64,000 bases of DNA, taken from NCBI GenBank assembly GCA_043747615.1, contig JAYTOU010000064.1:1-64000 (forward strand), in the 5' to 3' direction. This DNA is from Myxococcales bacterium. Lineage in GTDB: Bacteria; Myxococcota_A; Polyangia; Polyangiales; Polyangiaceae. The notes below the pieces were generated by a model, which searched no databases, was not told the origin of the DNA, and saw only the letters and a program-made list of their open reading frames with translations. Positions 1 through 9,474 of this stretch are shown one piece after another (within the stretch, counting starts at the first letter, position 1; every line of letters begins with the position of its first letter). The translations under genes were made by a program, and so were the position numbers.

Positions 1-3000
1 AGCGGTCACGACCGCGGCGCGAGCGGGCTGCTCCCGTACGTTGTGAGCGATCGACTCTTGCACAAGTCGTCGCTCGAACGGCCGCGCGGTCGCGTTCCAC
101 TCGAAGAGGACGCGGCGCATCTCCGCCTCGCCCAGTAGGGGCAACCGCGTGACGCGCTCCTCGGGTCGTTCGAGCGCCGTGCCGAGCAGTGTAACGAAGT
201 GCCCTACGAAGCGCTCGATCGTCGACTGATCGAAGAGGGCGACGTCGTACTCGAGCGTTCCGTTGAACGAGCCGTCGTGCTCGATGATCTCGAGTGACAG
301 GTCGAACTGCGCGACGTCGAGCGGCGCCCTCTCGGACGATAGAGTGAGGCGCTTCAGCGCAACGGCTTTCGGGTCCGGGCTCTGCATCACGAACACCGAC
401 TGAAAGACCGGCGTCCGGCTCTGGTCTCGCTCGACCGAGAGCTCGTCAACCAGCTTCTCGAACGGCACGTCTTGATGCGCATACGCCGAGAGCGCCGTCT
501 GCTTCACGCGCCTCAACACGTCCACGAACGATGCTTTTCGCTCGAATGTCGTACGCATCGCCAGCATGTTGACGAAGAAGCCGACCATGCCTTCGAGCTC
601 TTGCCGCGTCCGACCTGCGATGGGCGTGCCCACCACGACGTCGTTCTGGCCCGACCAACGCGCGAGCACGCTCTGGTACGCGGTGAGGAAAATCATGAAC
701 GGCGTGACGCCCTCGCGTCGGCACATTGAACGCATGGCTGTAGCCAGGGGCGTGGGCACGACAAAGTCGACACCACGTCCGCGATGTTGCTTCACCGGCG
801 GTCGCGCTCTGTCCGCGGGTAGCTCCAGCGCGGTGGGTGCCCCACCAAGCTCCCTCTTCCAAAACGCAAGTTGCCGGTCAAGGACCTCACCGGTGAGCCA
901 TTCGCGCTGCCACGCGCCAAAGTCTGCGTAGTCGAGTGTCGGCGCGACGAATGGCGAAGGTTTCGCCTCCGCGAAGGCTGCATAGATCGTCCACAGCTCG
1001 CGCGCCAGCACTCCCATCGACCACCCGTCGGTCGCGATGTGATGGGTGCACGTGACGAGAAGATGCGTGTCGTCTTGGGCGCGGATGAGCGTCGCGCGAA
1101 AAAGCGGTCCCGTCGCGAGATCGAACGGAGCGTGCGCCTCGCGTGCGACAATCGCGCGAGCGTCCTCTTCCGAGTTTGCCTCCGCGCGCCGCAGCCTTGT
1201 CTCGGTCGACGTATGGATCACCTGGTGCGGCTCGCCATCGATTGCCACGAAGGTCGTGCGCAATGTTTCGTGACGCGCGACGAGCTCCTGAACTGCGCGC
1301 TCCAGCGCCGCGTCGTCGAGCGCGCCGACGACGCGAACCAGGTCGGGCACGTTGTAGGTGGCGGCGCAGCCTCCTTCGAGCTGATCGAGAAACCAAAGCC
1401 GTGTCTGGGCGAACGACGCGGGAAGTGGTCTCGTCCGGTCGGTGCGTACGAGCGGCGGCGCGTCACTCGGGCCAATAGCGGTCGCGCGGGCACGTTCGGC
1501 GAGGCGCGATACCGTGGACGCCTCGAAGACGGCGCGCACGGGGAGCTCGATTCCAAGTGCTCCGCGGATACGGCTCGCCACGCGCGTCGCCAGTAACGAA
1601 TGACCACCGAGTGCGAAAAAGTCGTCGTGAACTCCGACGCGCGCGAGGCCAAGTACCTCGCGAAAGATGCCCGCCAGAGTCTCCTCGGTCGCGTCCCGCG
1701 GCGCGACGTATTCCTCGACTACCGCCGAGAAGTCGGGCGCGGGCAGCGCCTTGCGGTCCATTTTGCCGTTCGGCGTAAGGGGCAGTGCGTCGAGCACGAC
1801 GAACGCGCTCGGCACCATGTAGTCCGGTAGCGTCTTGCCGAGATGCTTCTTCAAGCCATCGACATCGAGCTTCGCCGTCCCGCGCCGTACGACGTAGGCC
1901 ACGAGGCGCTGGTCGCCGGGCGCGTCTTCGCGATCGATGACGCTCGTTTCTCGAACGTCGGCATGCGTGAGCATCACAGCCTCGATCTCACCGAGCTCGA
2001 TCCGAAAGCCTCGGATCTTCACCTGGTGATCGAGGCGTCCGAGGAAGTCGATCTCGCCCTTCGCCAGCCAGCGAGCGCGGTCGCCCGTGCGGTACATGCG
2101 CGCGCCAGGTCGTGACGAGAACGGGTCGGGAACGAACTTTTCCGCGGTCAAATCCGGCCGATCAAGATAACCGCGAGCAACGCCTTCGCCGCCGATGAAG
2201 AGCTCCCCCGCGACCCCGAGAGGTGCGCTTTGCCCAAGGGAGTCGAGAACGTAGACCTGGGTATTCGCGATCGGCCGGCCGATCGTGACGGGACCGGACC
2301 CGTCGAGGCGCGTGCAGGTCGACCAGATGGTCGTTTCTGTGGGACCGAACATGTTCCAGAATTCGCCAGCGTGCGCGGCGAGCGCTGAGGCGAGATCGGG
2401 TTTCACGGCTTCGCCGCCGCAGAGTATCTTCAGGCGCGGCGTCGGTCGCCAGCCACTGGCGAGGAGCATGCGCCACGTCGCGGGCGTTGCTTGCATGATC
2501 GTCGCGCCAACGTCGGCGATGAGGGACCCAAGACGGAGTCCATCCGACGCGGTCTCGCGGCTGGCGACGACGACTTTTGCCCCGACCGTCAACGGCAGAT
2601 AGAGCTCGAGGCCAGCGATGTCGAACGAAAGAGTCGTGATGGCGAGGAGCGTGTCGCCCGCGGCGATCCCCGGCGCTCGTTGCATCGAGGCGAGGAAATT
2701 CACCACCGCGCCATGCGAGACCATGACCCCCTTCGGGCGTCCCGTAGAGCCAGACGTATAGAGCACGTACGCCAGATCGGAAGGCCGAGCGCGCGACAGG
2801 CTTTCGGGCGCGGGACTCGGCGAGGAGATCGCCTCGGCAAGCGCATGGTCGGTGAGGTCGACGATGCAGCAGGCATCGCGTCGCATGAAGTCCCGCCGGT
2901 CCGCTGGGAAGTGAGGGTCGATGGGCACATAGGTACCGCCCGCCTTCAGGACGCCCAGCACGGCGGCGACCATGTCGGTGGAGCGTTCCACGGAGATCGC

Positions 3001-6000
3001 CACCCGCGCTTCACGGCAAACACCGCGCGCGGCGAGCCACCCCGCGATCCGCGAGGCGCGTTCGTCGAGGGCGGCGTACGTGAGCTTGGTGCGGTCGTCT
3101 TCCACGGCAATCGCCTCGGGGCTCCGCCGTACCTGCTCCTCGATCAGCTGGTGAACGCATGCGTCGCGCGGATAGTCGCGATTCGTCGCGTTCCACTCGT
3201 GGAGCACGAGACTTCTCTCGGCCTCGCGCATGAGCGGTAGCTTGCTGACCTGCTCCTCGGGATGCGCGACGGCCGCTCCGAGCAGCGTGACGAAGTGCTC
3301 GACGAAGCGCTCGACCGTCGACCGATCGAAGAGGGCGACGTCGTACTCCAGTCTTCCCCTGAACAGCGCGCCGTCCTCGGTCATCGAGAGCGTCACATCG
3401 AACATCGCTGCCTCGAGAACTTCACGTTCTTGGGTGAGCGTGACGTTCGGCAGCGCCCTCGGTGCGCGTTGCATTTCTTGCATCGCAAACATCGCTTGAA
3501 AAACAGGCGTCCGGCTCATGTCCCGCGGAACGTGCAGCTCCTCGACCAGCTGCTCGAAGGGCATCTCTTGGTGCGCGTACGCTGAAAGTGCCGTCTGCTT
3601 CACGCGCTGCAGCACGTCGACGAAGGTCGACTCGCGCTCGAACTTCGTGCGAATGGCCAGCGTGTTGACGAAGAAGCCTACGATGCCTTCGAGCTCTTGC
3701 CGCGTGCGATTGGCGATGGCCATGCCGACCACCAAGTCGCTCTGACCCGACCATCGCGAGAGCACGCTCGCGTACGCCGTGAGCAGAACGATGAATGGGG
3801 TGACTCCCTCGCGCCGGCACATGGCGCGTATGCCTGCGGCGACGGCCGCTGGCACCACGATGTCGACCGAGCCGCCGACGTGTCTCTTTACCGCCGGACG
3901 CGGTCTGTCGGTGGGTAGGTCGAGAGCCGCGGGTGCTCCTGCGAGCAGGTCCTTCCAGAATGCGATCTGCGGCTCGAGCACATCGTCCGTGAGCGACGCT
4001 TGCTGCCATGCTGCGAAGTCGGCGTAGTCGAGGGGTTGCGCCGCTAGCGGGGACGGTTTGCCCTCCGCGAAGGCCGCATACAAGACAGCCAGCTCGCGTG
4101 CGACGATCTCGTTCGATAAGCCATCCGTGGCGATGTGGTGCATGTAAAGAACGAGCAGGTGCTCGTCACCGTGCACATGCACGAGCGTCCCGCGGAAGAG
4201 CGGCCCCTTTGCTAGGTCGTACGGTGCATACGCTTCGCGTGTGATGATCGCGCGCGCGTCTCCTTCGGACTGCGCCTCGATGCGCTGGAGGCGAAACTCC
4301 ACCGACGCATGGATCACCTGATGAGGAGTGCCGTCGATAGCTACGAACGTGGTGCGCAACGCCTCATGACGGTTCACCACCTCCTGGAGCGCGCGGTCCA
4401 ACGCGATCGTGTCGACTGCTCCCCGCAGGCGTGCGATCTCGCAGACGTTGTACGAGGTGTCCGCGCCGCCCTCGAGCTGATCGAGGAACCAAAGCCGCGA
4501 CTGAGCAAACGATGCGGGGATTGGCTTCGTCCGATCGGTGCGCGCGATCGGCAGCGCCGGCATCGCTTTCTTGACGTTCGACGCGGCACGCACGCGCTCT
4601 GCCAGTCGTTCCACTGTCACGTCTTCGAAGATTACGCGGACGGGAACGTCGACTCCCAGCTGCGTGCGGATTCGGCTCGCGGTCTGCATGGCGTGCAGCG
4701 AATGACCGCCGAGATCGAAGAAGGAGTCATCGACGCTCACGCGCGCAACATGCAGCACGTCGGCAAAGATCGCAGAGAGCGCCTCCTCGGTCGGATCGCG
4801 CGGCGCGACGTATTGCTTCGCGTTCGCGGAGAAGTCCGGCGCCGGCAGCGCCTTGCGATCCACCTTGCCGTTGGGCGTGAGAGGCAGCGAGGCCAGCACG
4901 ACGAACGCGCTCGGGATCATGTAGTCGGGGAGCGTCTTGCCGAGGTGTTTCTTCAGCGCGTCGGCGTCGGTCGCCGCGCCGTCGCCGACGACGTACGCCG
5001 CCAGGCGCTTGTCTCCGGGGACGTCTTCGCGGACGATCACCACTACCTCGCGGACCCCGGGCGCGGTGGCCACTGCTGCTTCGATCTCGCCGGGCTCGAT
5101 CCGAAAGCCTCGAATCTTGACTTGCTGATCGATGCGTCCGAGGAATTCGAGCTCCCCCGTCTCCGTCCAACGAGCGAGATCACCCGTGCGATACAGGCGC
5201 GCGCCGGCCGATCCAAAGGGGTCAGGGATGAATTTCTCTGCGGTCAGTCCGGGACTACCGAGATAACAGCGTGCGACGCCGTCGCCCCCCGTACAGAGCT
5301 CTCCGGGCGTGCCCGGCGCGACCGGCTCGCCGTGTTTGTCGAGCACGTAGGCCGTGCTGTTGGTGATCGGCCGTCCAATCGGAACCGTCTGGCCTTCCGC
5401 GAGCTCGCGGAAGCGATAGGAGGTCGAGAACGTCGTGTTCTCGGTCGGGCCGTAAACGGCGAAGAGGTGTACCCCCGGGTGCTCGCGGACGAAGCGACGC
5501 ATGTGAGAGGGAGACAGGACTTCGCCCCCCGTGAAAAACTGCCGCACGCCGCCGAGCGAACCGATCGCGTGTTCCACCATTTGGTGAAAGAGGGCCGTCG
5601 TCATGAAGATGAACGTTGCGCCGTTGTCGCGGATCGCGCTCGCGAGCTCATCGAGGCCGAGGACGCCGGGCGGCGCGATGACGAGCTTTGCGCCATGCAA
5701 GAGAGGCCCCCAGATCTCGAGGGTAGACGCGTCGAAGGAAAGCGGCGCGCTGGCGAGAAAGACGTCGTCCTCCGAGAACGTCGCCCATTCCACGTTGCAC
5801 ACGAGTCGAACGATGGAGCGGTGCTCTATGCAAACAGCCTTCGGCGTGCCGGTCGAGCCAGACGTAAAGAGGACGTAGGCTGCGTCGGACGATCCATGCT
5901 GATGAGCGATCGGCTCCGGCATTGAGCGGCGCGCAAGAAGCTCTCGAGTTCGGAGAGCACGCACTCCGACAGGGAGCTGCAATCCTCCGTCGAGGTCGAG

Positions 6001-6375
6001 GACTACACTGACGTTCGCTTGGCCCACGAGGAGCTGGGTGCGCTGGGCGGGAGTCGCTGGATCGAGCGGTACGTAGGCCGCGCCCGCGCGCAAGATGCCG
6101 AGAAGCCCGGCGATCGTCTCGATAGAGCGCTCGCTCGAGATACCGACGTTCGCGCCGCGCTGCACCCCCGCTTCGTGCAGGCCCGCGGCAATCCGCGATG
6201 CCGCTGCGTCGAGCTCGCCGTACGTAAGCGTCGACGATCCAAACGCGATCGCAATCGTGTCGGGGCGTCGAGCGGCCTGCTGCGCAAAGAGCTCGTCGAC
6301 GCTGACGTTACGTGGATAGTCCCGCTTGGTCGCGTTCCACTCGACGAGCAAACGGCGCTTTTCAGCGGGTGTCAT
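1..6375 (-). CDS. Non-ribosomal peptide synthetase, N-terminal part (A-T-C-A-T-C-start of A); continues past left edge
   Basis: Manual minus-strand translation from ATG 6375 (in-frame TTG 6423/6429 possible) stays open to position 1. A-domain cores FTSGSTGTPK / YTSGSTGRPK, GPTE, YRTGD, QVKIRGFRIE, NGK(V/M)DR; two T domains GGHSL (~4700, ~1600); two C domains HHIATDG (~4130, ~1035). Missing from ORF track because there is no stop in the window. Confidence 0.96.
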   Translation of the reverse strand, partial: MTPAEKRRLLVEWNATKRDYPRNVSVDELFAQQAARRPDTIAIAFGSSTLTYGELDAAASRIAAGLHEAGVQRGANVGISSERSIETIAGLLGILRAGAAYVPLDPATPAQRTQLLVGQANVSVVLDLDGGLQLPVGVRALRTRELLARRSMPEPIAHQHGSSDAAYVLFTSGSTGTPKAVCIEHRSIVRLVCNVEWATFSEDDVFLASAPLSFDASTLEIWGPLLHGAKLVIAPPGVLGLDELASAIRDNGATFIFMTTALFHQMVEHAIGSLGGVRQFFTGGEVLSPSHMRRFVREHPGVHLFAVYGPTENTTFSTSYRFRELAEGQTVPIGRPITNSTAYVLDKHGEPVAPGTPGELCTGGDGVARCYLGSPGLTAEKFIPDPFGSAGARLYRTGDLARWTETGELEFLGRIDQQVKIRGFRIEPGEIEAAVATAPGVREVVVIVREDVPGDKRLAAYVVGDGAATDADALKKHLGKTLPDYMIPSAFVVLASLPLTPNGKVDRKALPAPDFSANAKQYVAPRDPTEEALSAIFADVLHVARVSVDDSFFDLGGHSLHAMQTASRIRTQLGVDVPVRVIFEDVTVERLAERVRAASNVKKAMPALPIARTDRTKPIPASFAQSRLWFLDQLEGGADTSYNVCEIARLRGAVDTIALDRALQEVVNRHEALRTTFVAIDGTPHQVIHASVEFRLQRIEAQSEGDARAIITREAYAPYDLAKGPLFRGTLVHVHGDEHLLVLYMHHIATDGLSNEIVARELAVLYAAFAEGKPSPLAAQPLDYADFAAWQQASLTDDVLEPQIAFWKDLLAGAPAALDLPTDRPRPAVKRHVGGSVDIVVPAAVAAGIRAMCRREGVTPFIVLLTAYASVLSRWSGQSDLVVGMAIANRTRQELEGIVGFFVNTLAIRTKFERESTFVDVLQRVKQTALSAYAHQEMPFEQLVEELHVPRDMSRTPVFQAMFAMQEMQRAPRALPNVTLTQEREVLEAAMFDVTLSMTEDGALFRGRLEYDVALFDRSTVERFVEHFVTLLGAAVAHPEEQVSKLPLMREAERSLVLHEWNATNRDYPRDACVHQLIEEQVRRSPEAIAVEDDRTKLTYAALDERASRIAGWLAARGVCREARVAISVERSTDMVAAVLGVLKAGGTYVPIDPHFPADRRDFMRRDACCIVDLTDHALAEAISSPSPAPESLSRARPSDLAYVLYTSGSTGRPKGVMVSHGAVVNFLASMQRAPGIAAGDTLLAITTLSFDIAGLELYLPLTVGAKVVVASRETASDGLRLGSLIADVGATIMQATPATWRMLLASGWRPTPRLKILCGGEAVKPDLASALAAHAGEFWNMFGPTETTIWSTCTRLDGSGPVTIGRPIANTQVYVLDSLGQSAPLGVAGELFIGGEGVARGYLDRPDLTAEKFVPDPFSSRPGARMYRTGDRARWLAKGEIDFLGRLDHQVKIRGFRIELGEIEAVMLTHADVRETSVIDREDAPGDQRLVAYVVRRGTAKLDVDGLKKHLGKTLPDYMVPSAFVVLDALPLTPNGKMDRKALPAPDFSAVVEEYVAPRDATEETLAGIFREVLGLARVGVHDDFFALGGHSLLATRVASRIRGALGIELPVRAVFEASTVSRLAERARATAIGPSDAPPLVRTDRTRPLPASFAQTRLWFLDQLEGGCAATYNVPDLVRVVGALDDAALERAVQELVARHETLRTTFVAIDGEPHQVIHTSTETRLRRAEANSEEDARAIVAREAHAPFDLATGPLFRATLIRAQDDTHLLVTCTHHIATDGWSMGVLARELWTIYAAFAEAKPSPFVAPTLDYADFGAWQREWLTGEVLDRQLAFWKRELGGAPTALELPADRARPPVKQHRGRGVDFVVPTPLATAMRSMCRREGVTPFMIFLTAYQSVLARWSGQNDVVVGTPIAGRTRQELEGMVGFFVNMLAMRTTFERKASFVDVLRRVKQTALSAYAHQDVPFEKLVDELSVERDQSRTPVFQSVFVMQSPDPKAVALKRLTLSSERAPLDVAQFDLSLEIIEHDGSFNGTLEYDVALFDQSTIERFVGHFVTLLGTALERPEERVTRLPLLGEAEMRRVLFEWNATARPFERRLVQESIAHNVREQPARAAVVTA

Positions 6376-6430
6376 TAGCGGTAGCGTTTTTTTCTCCCTG
6401 CCCTCAGCGGGCTGGTTTTTCAAAGACAAA

Positions 6431-7483
6431 CTAAAGCGGCTTCGTCGCGTAGATGGCCCCGCCGATCGACGTCAGTTGGTCCCCCGGCGTCGTTACCAGA
6501 CCCGCCTCGCGTGGCCATGACATCAACTCGTCCACAGTCCAAAGGCCGGATGCGCAGATGAGACCCATCAGGAGGTGCAAGCATCCCATGGTCTCACCGT
6601 CCCTGCTCGGGTGCGGATTGGCGAAGGCGTCGGTGATGACGAGGTGCCCACCCGGACGCAGCGCACGCGCAGCGCGTTTGACCAGGTCCAGGTTCTGAGC
6701 GCGCGTGAGCAGATGCACGATCGACCAGAGCAAGACCACGTCGTACTCGGCGACGCCGAGGTCCATCGTCAACGCGTCGCCGGCGCGGAGGACGACCCGG
6801 CCGTCGAGGTCTTTCGATTCGGACGCGAGGAGCGGACCTGCCGCCGCGATGGCGCCAGGCAGATCGAGCACGACGGCGCGCAAGTCCGGATACGCTCGGC
6901 ACAACACCGTCGAGACGAAGCCATGTCCCCCTCCGATGTCGAGCAGGCTGCGTGCGCCCTTTGGGAGGCGGGCGTGCTCGACCATCATGGGCTCCATGGG
7001 TTTGTTGGCGGCGAGAAAAGCCGTCTCGTAGATCTGCCACTCCTCTGCGGTCATCGTGGTGTGGATGTCGACGGCCTCGTCCGTGCGAACGAAGTGTTCG
7101 AGGTGGCCATGCCACTTCCACTCGAGCCGACCGATGACCAAGAAATTCACGAACCCCATCCCACCCTCGATCCCCAGTCCGAGCACCGAGGTGCGCCCGA
7201 GCTCAGTGAGAGCGTAGACCCCGTCGACGCGGGTCACGTAGTCGGTCGTTGCAAGCACGTCGAGCACAGCAGCCGTCGCACGTGGGCCGGTCTCCAGGTG
7301 CCTCGCGAGATCAACGGCAGTCATGGGCCGCTCGGCAAGCGCTTCGAAAAAGCCAAGTCGCATGGCCGTCTGCATCGTGCGCGCAAGGGTTGGTCCGCCG
7401 AAGACGTCCATCAGCACGGACAGCTTCTCGGCGACCTCGGGCGAGCTCTCGCGCTCGTTTTCCGCCTCGGTATCGAGCCTCAT
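6431..7483 (-). CDS. SAM-dependent methyltransferase (O-MT/Methyltransf_2 type with N-terminal dimerisation wHTH)
   Basis: 350 aa; LLDIGGGHG SAM motif, VLDLP, GDAL, WSIVH, ALRPGG; ATGA overlap with upstream paralog. Confidence 0.9.
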   Translation of the reverse strand: MRLDTEAENERESSPEVAEKLSVLMDVFGGPTLARTMQTAMRLGFFEALAERPMTAVDLARHLETGPRATAAVLDVLATTDYVTRVDGVYALTELGRTSVLGLGIEGGMGFVNFLVIGRLEWKWHGHLEHFVRTDEAVDIHTTMTAEEWQIYETAFLAANKPMEPMMVEHARLPKGARSLLDIGGGHGFVSTVLCRAYPDLRAVVLDLPGAIAAAGPLLASESKDLDGRVVLRAGDALTMDLGVAEYDVVLLWSIVHLLTRAQNLDLVKRAARALRPGGHLVITDAFANPHPSRDGETMGCLHLLMGLICASGLWTVDELMSWPREAGLVTTPGDQLTSIGGAIYATKPL

Positions 7484-8535
7484 TGGAGCGGCTTTCGCGC
7501 CATCTGGATGGCTCTAAAGCCGGGCAGCGTGTCCACGCTGGAAAGTGGCTCGAGGCCTGCGCCGCGCTGCCATCCCTCTACCTGCTCGAGGGTGAATGCG
7601 CCCGATGGGCTCGTCATCTCGAAGAACAACCCACGAAGCGCCGCGAGCTGGCCTGCGTCGCTCTGCTCCGTACGAAAAAAGTCCGACACGGCGAGAGTCC
7701 CACCTGGGCGAAGAGCCCGCGCACAGCGCGCGATGAAGCTCGCGTATTGATTGCCGTCGGCGAAACGTTGGAACGGGGACGACGAGAAGAGGATGAGATC
7801 GTAGGCGCTCTCTCCGAGGTCGAAGGTGTTCGGATCCCCTGCGCGGATATCCACGCGGTCACTCAAGGCCTCGCCTTTCAAGACAAGAGCCGCCGCAGCT
7901 TCCACCGCCTCCGGTGGCTCGAGCACGACCGCCCGCAGATCCGGATGCAGTCGGCAGAAGGCGGCAGAGCGCTGCCCAACGGCGCCGCCGCCGATGTCGA
8001 GCATGGAGCGCGCACCGGGCGTGAGCGGTACGCTCGCGACGAGGTCCGGGCCCGACAGGCGCCAGAAACCAGCTTGTGCACGCTCGTGGATGACCCACTT
8101 TTCGGGCGTCATCGAGTCACGCGTTTTGACCGCTGCATCGTTCTTCACGAACGCCTCGAGATCCTTCTGCCAATCCATTTCCAAGAGTACGAGCGGCGCG
8201 AAATCCGCGAAGCCAGCGCCGCGCCCGAGAAACCATCGCCGCCCGCGGTCGGTCAGCTCGTACTGATCGTCTGCCTCGTGCGCGTACGCGGTCGTCGCAA
8301 GTGCTTCGAGCAGAGCTCCGGTCGCGCGTGTACCCAACGTGCACGTCGCGGCGATCTCGGAAGCGGTCTTCGGACCGTCCGCCATGGCTTCGAAGACGCC
8401 GACCTTGACCGCTACCCCCAACATGCGTCCCACCATCGCGGCGGTCGTCGTCTCGAGAACCAGCGGGTAATGGATGCGTTTTGCTTCGAGCTCTTCCCGG
8501 TCCGCATCGCGTTCCGGATGAACGACGAACTTCAT
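7480..8535 (-). CDS. SAM-dependent methyltransferase (Methyltransf_2 type), paralog of downstream gene
   Basis: 351 aa; MLDIGGGAVG, GDPN, ARALRPGG; N-terminal wHTH (GVFEAMADGPKTASEIA). Confidence 0.88.
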   Translation of the reverse strand: MKFVVHPERDADREELEAKRIHYPLVLETTTAAMVGRMLGVAVKVGVFEAMADGPKTASEIAATCTLGTRATGALLEALATTAYAHEADDQYELTDRGRRWFLGRGAGFADFAPLVLLEMDWQKDLEAFVKNDAAVKTRDSMTPEKWVIHERAQAGFWRLSGPDLVASVPLTPGARSMLDIGGGAVGQRSAAFCRLHPDLRAVVLEPPEAVEAAAALVLKGEALSDRVDIRAGDPNTFDLGESAYDLILFSSSPFQRFADGNQYASFIARCARALRPGGTLAVSDFFRTEQSDAGQLAALRGLFFEMTSPSGAFTLEQVEGWQRGAGLEPLSSVDTLPGFRAIQMARKPLQ

Positions 8536-8666
8536 TCGTCAGGCCGCTTCGTAGGGCTTCTGCGCAACGACCTCATCGTCATGGGGAAGCTCATTTGTCG
8601 CCAGACAGACGGTACAACGCATCGCGGATGGATGTAAACGAGCTCATCCATTTCGCAAACTGCCGC

Positions 8667-8679
8667 AATCAATAACTTA
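8667..8679 (+). promoter_or_regulatory. IHF-binding consensus next to tRNA 3' end (att-site like)
   Basis: AATCAATAACTTA matches WATCAANNNNTTR exactly, in an AT-rich patch 10 bp beyond the tRNA CCA end. Confidence 0.55.
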
Positions 8680-8689
8680 TTTAGCTACT

Positions 8690-8766
8690 TGGTCGGGGTG
8701 GGGGGATTTGAACCCCCGACGACGAGCACCCAAAGCTCGTGCACTACCGGGCTGTGCGACACCCCG
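8690..8766 (-). tRNA. tRNA-Pro (anticodon TGG)
   Basis: Reverse complement CGGGGTG...CGAGC-TTTGGGT-GCTCG...GGTTCAAATCC...CACCCCG-ACCA; 77 nt cloverleaf with encoded CCA. Confidence 0.96.
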
Positions 8767-8789
8767 AAAACAAACTCACTATAGCGCAG

Positions 8790-9428
8790 CTAGCTGCGAA
8801 TCGCCTCAATGGCCTGCATCAGCCCGCGCGGTGTGGCCCGGAGGGTCACGTACAGGTTGTCGTTGTCGGTCTCGATCGCCCGAATCCCAACCAGCGGCGT
8901 CAAGATCGAGAGCATCCTTCGCAGCCTGCGATTTCGGCTCAAGCTCGGTAGCTTCATGAGATCGACTACGATGCGATCGCCCTCGGCTTCGATGATCGCC
9001 GGAGGCCGCTTGGGGATGAACTTCACGAGATTCCCCGGCTTCGAGAGATCTAGAGCCCCCGATTGAACGAGCGTGGCGATCGGCGAGTCGCTCTCGCCGA
9101 GAAGTGCGAGCTTCACCTCGTTCAAGCGAACTCCCACCCGAATCGAATCGGAGGAAATGCTGATCTCGTCGATTTTGATAGCCGCCGACGCGCGGAGGTT
9201 CGTCCCCATGGCGTCGACCGTCGCGCTCAAACGGAGCGCGGGAGGAGACGTTCCCAGCTCGATGTCCTTGGGCATTTTTCGGTCGGTGACCTGCGCCACC
9301 AAGTAGCGAAGCGCGGCAAGCGGAACTCCGAAACGAAGTCCCGCCGCATTTTTCGCCGCGTCGACGAGGACGTCGGGGTTCCTCCGCACGTAGTTGACTG
9401 CGGCTGAAGCCAGCTCCTTGAAGTCCAT
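8790..9428 (-). CDS. Hypothetical protein
   Basis: 212 aa ATG ORF with typical codon usage; co-oriented between SDR and tRNA. Confidence 0.75.
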   Translation of the reverse strand: MDFKELASAAVNYVRRNPDVLVDAAKNAAGLRFGVPLAALRYLVAQVTDRKMPKDIELGTSPPALRLSATVDAMGTNLRASAAIKIDEISISSDSIRVGVRLNEVKLALLGESDSPIATLVQSGALDLSKPGNLVKFIPKRPPAIIEAEGDRIVVDLMKLPSLSRNRRLRRMLSILTPLVGIRAIETDNDNLYVTLRATPRGLMQAIEAIRS

Positions 9429-9474
9429 GGTGGTGGCCGAAGCTTACACGGTTTCAGCGCGCTCAGTTGCCGCG

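Noticed and set aside
1400..1530. Suspected frameshift between NRPS T2 and C3
   Set aside because: Careful re-translation is in frame (AERARATAIGPSDAPPLVRTDRTRPLPASFAQ)
8532..8651. Two alternative tiny minus-strand ORFs (27 aa with CxxC at 8539-8622; 39 aa at 8532-8651) before the methyltransferases
   Set aside because: No clear RBS, no MbtH or precursor features, and the two frames are mutually exclusive
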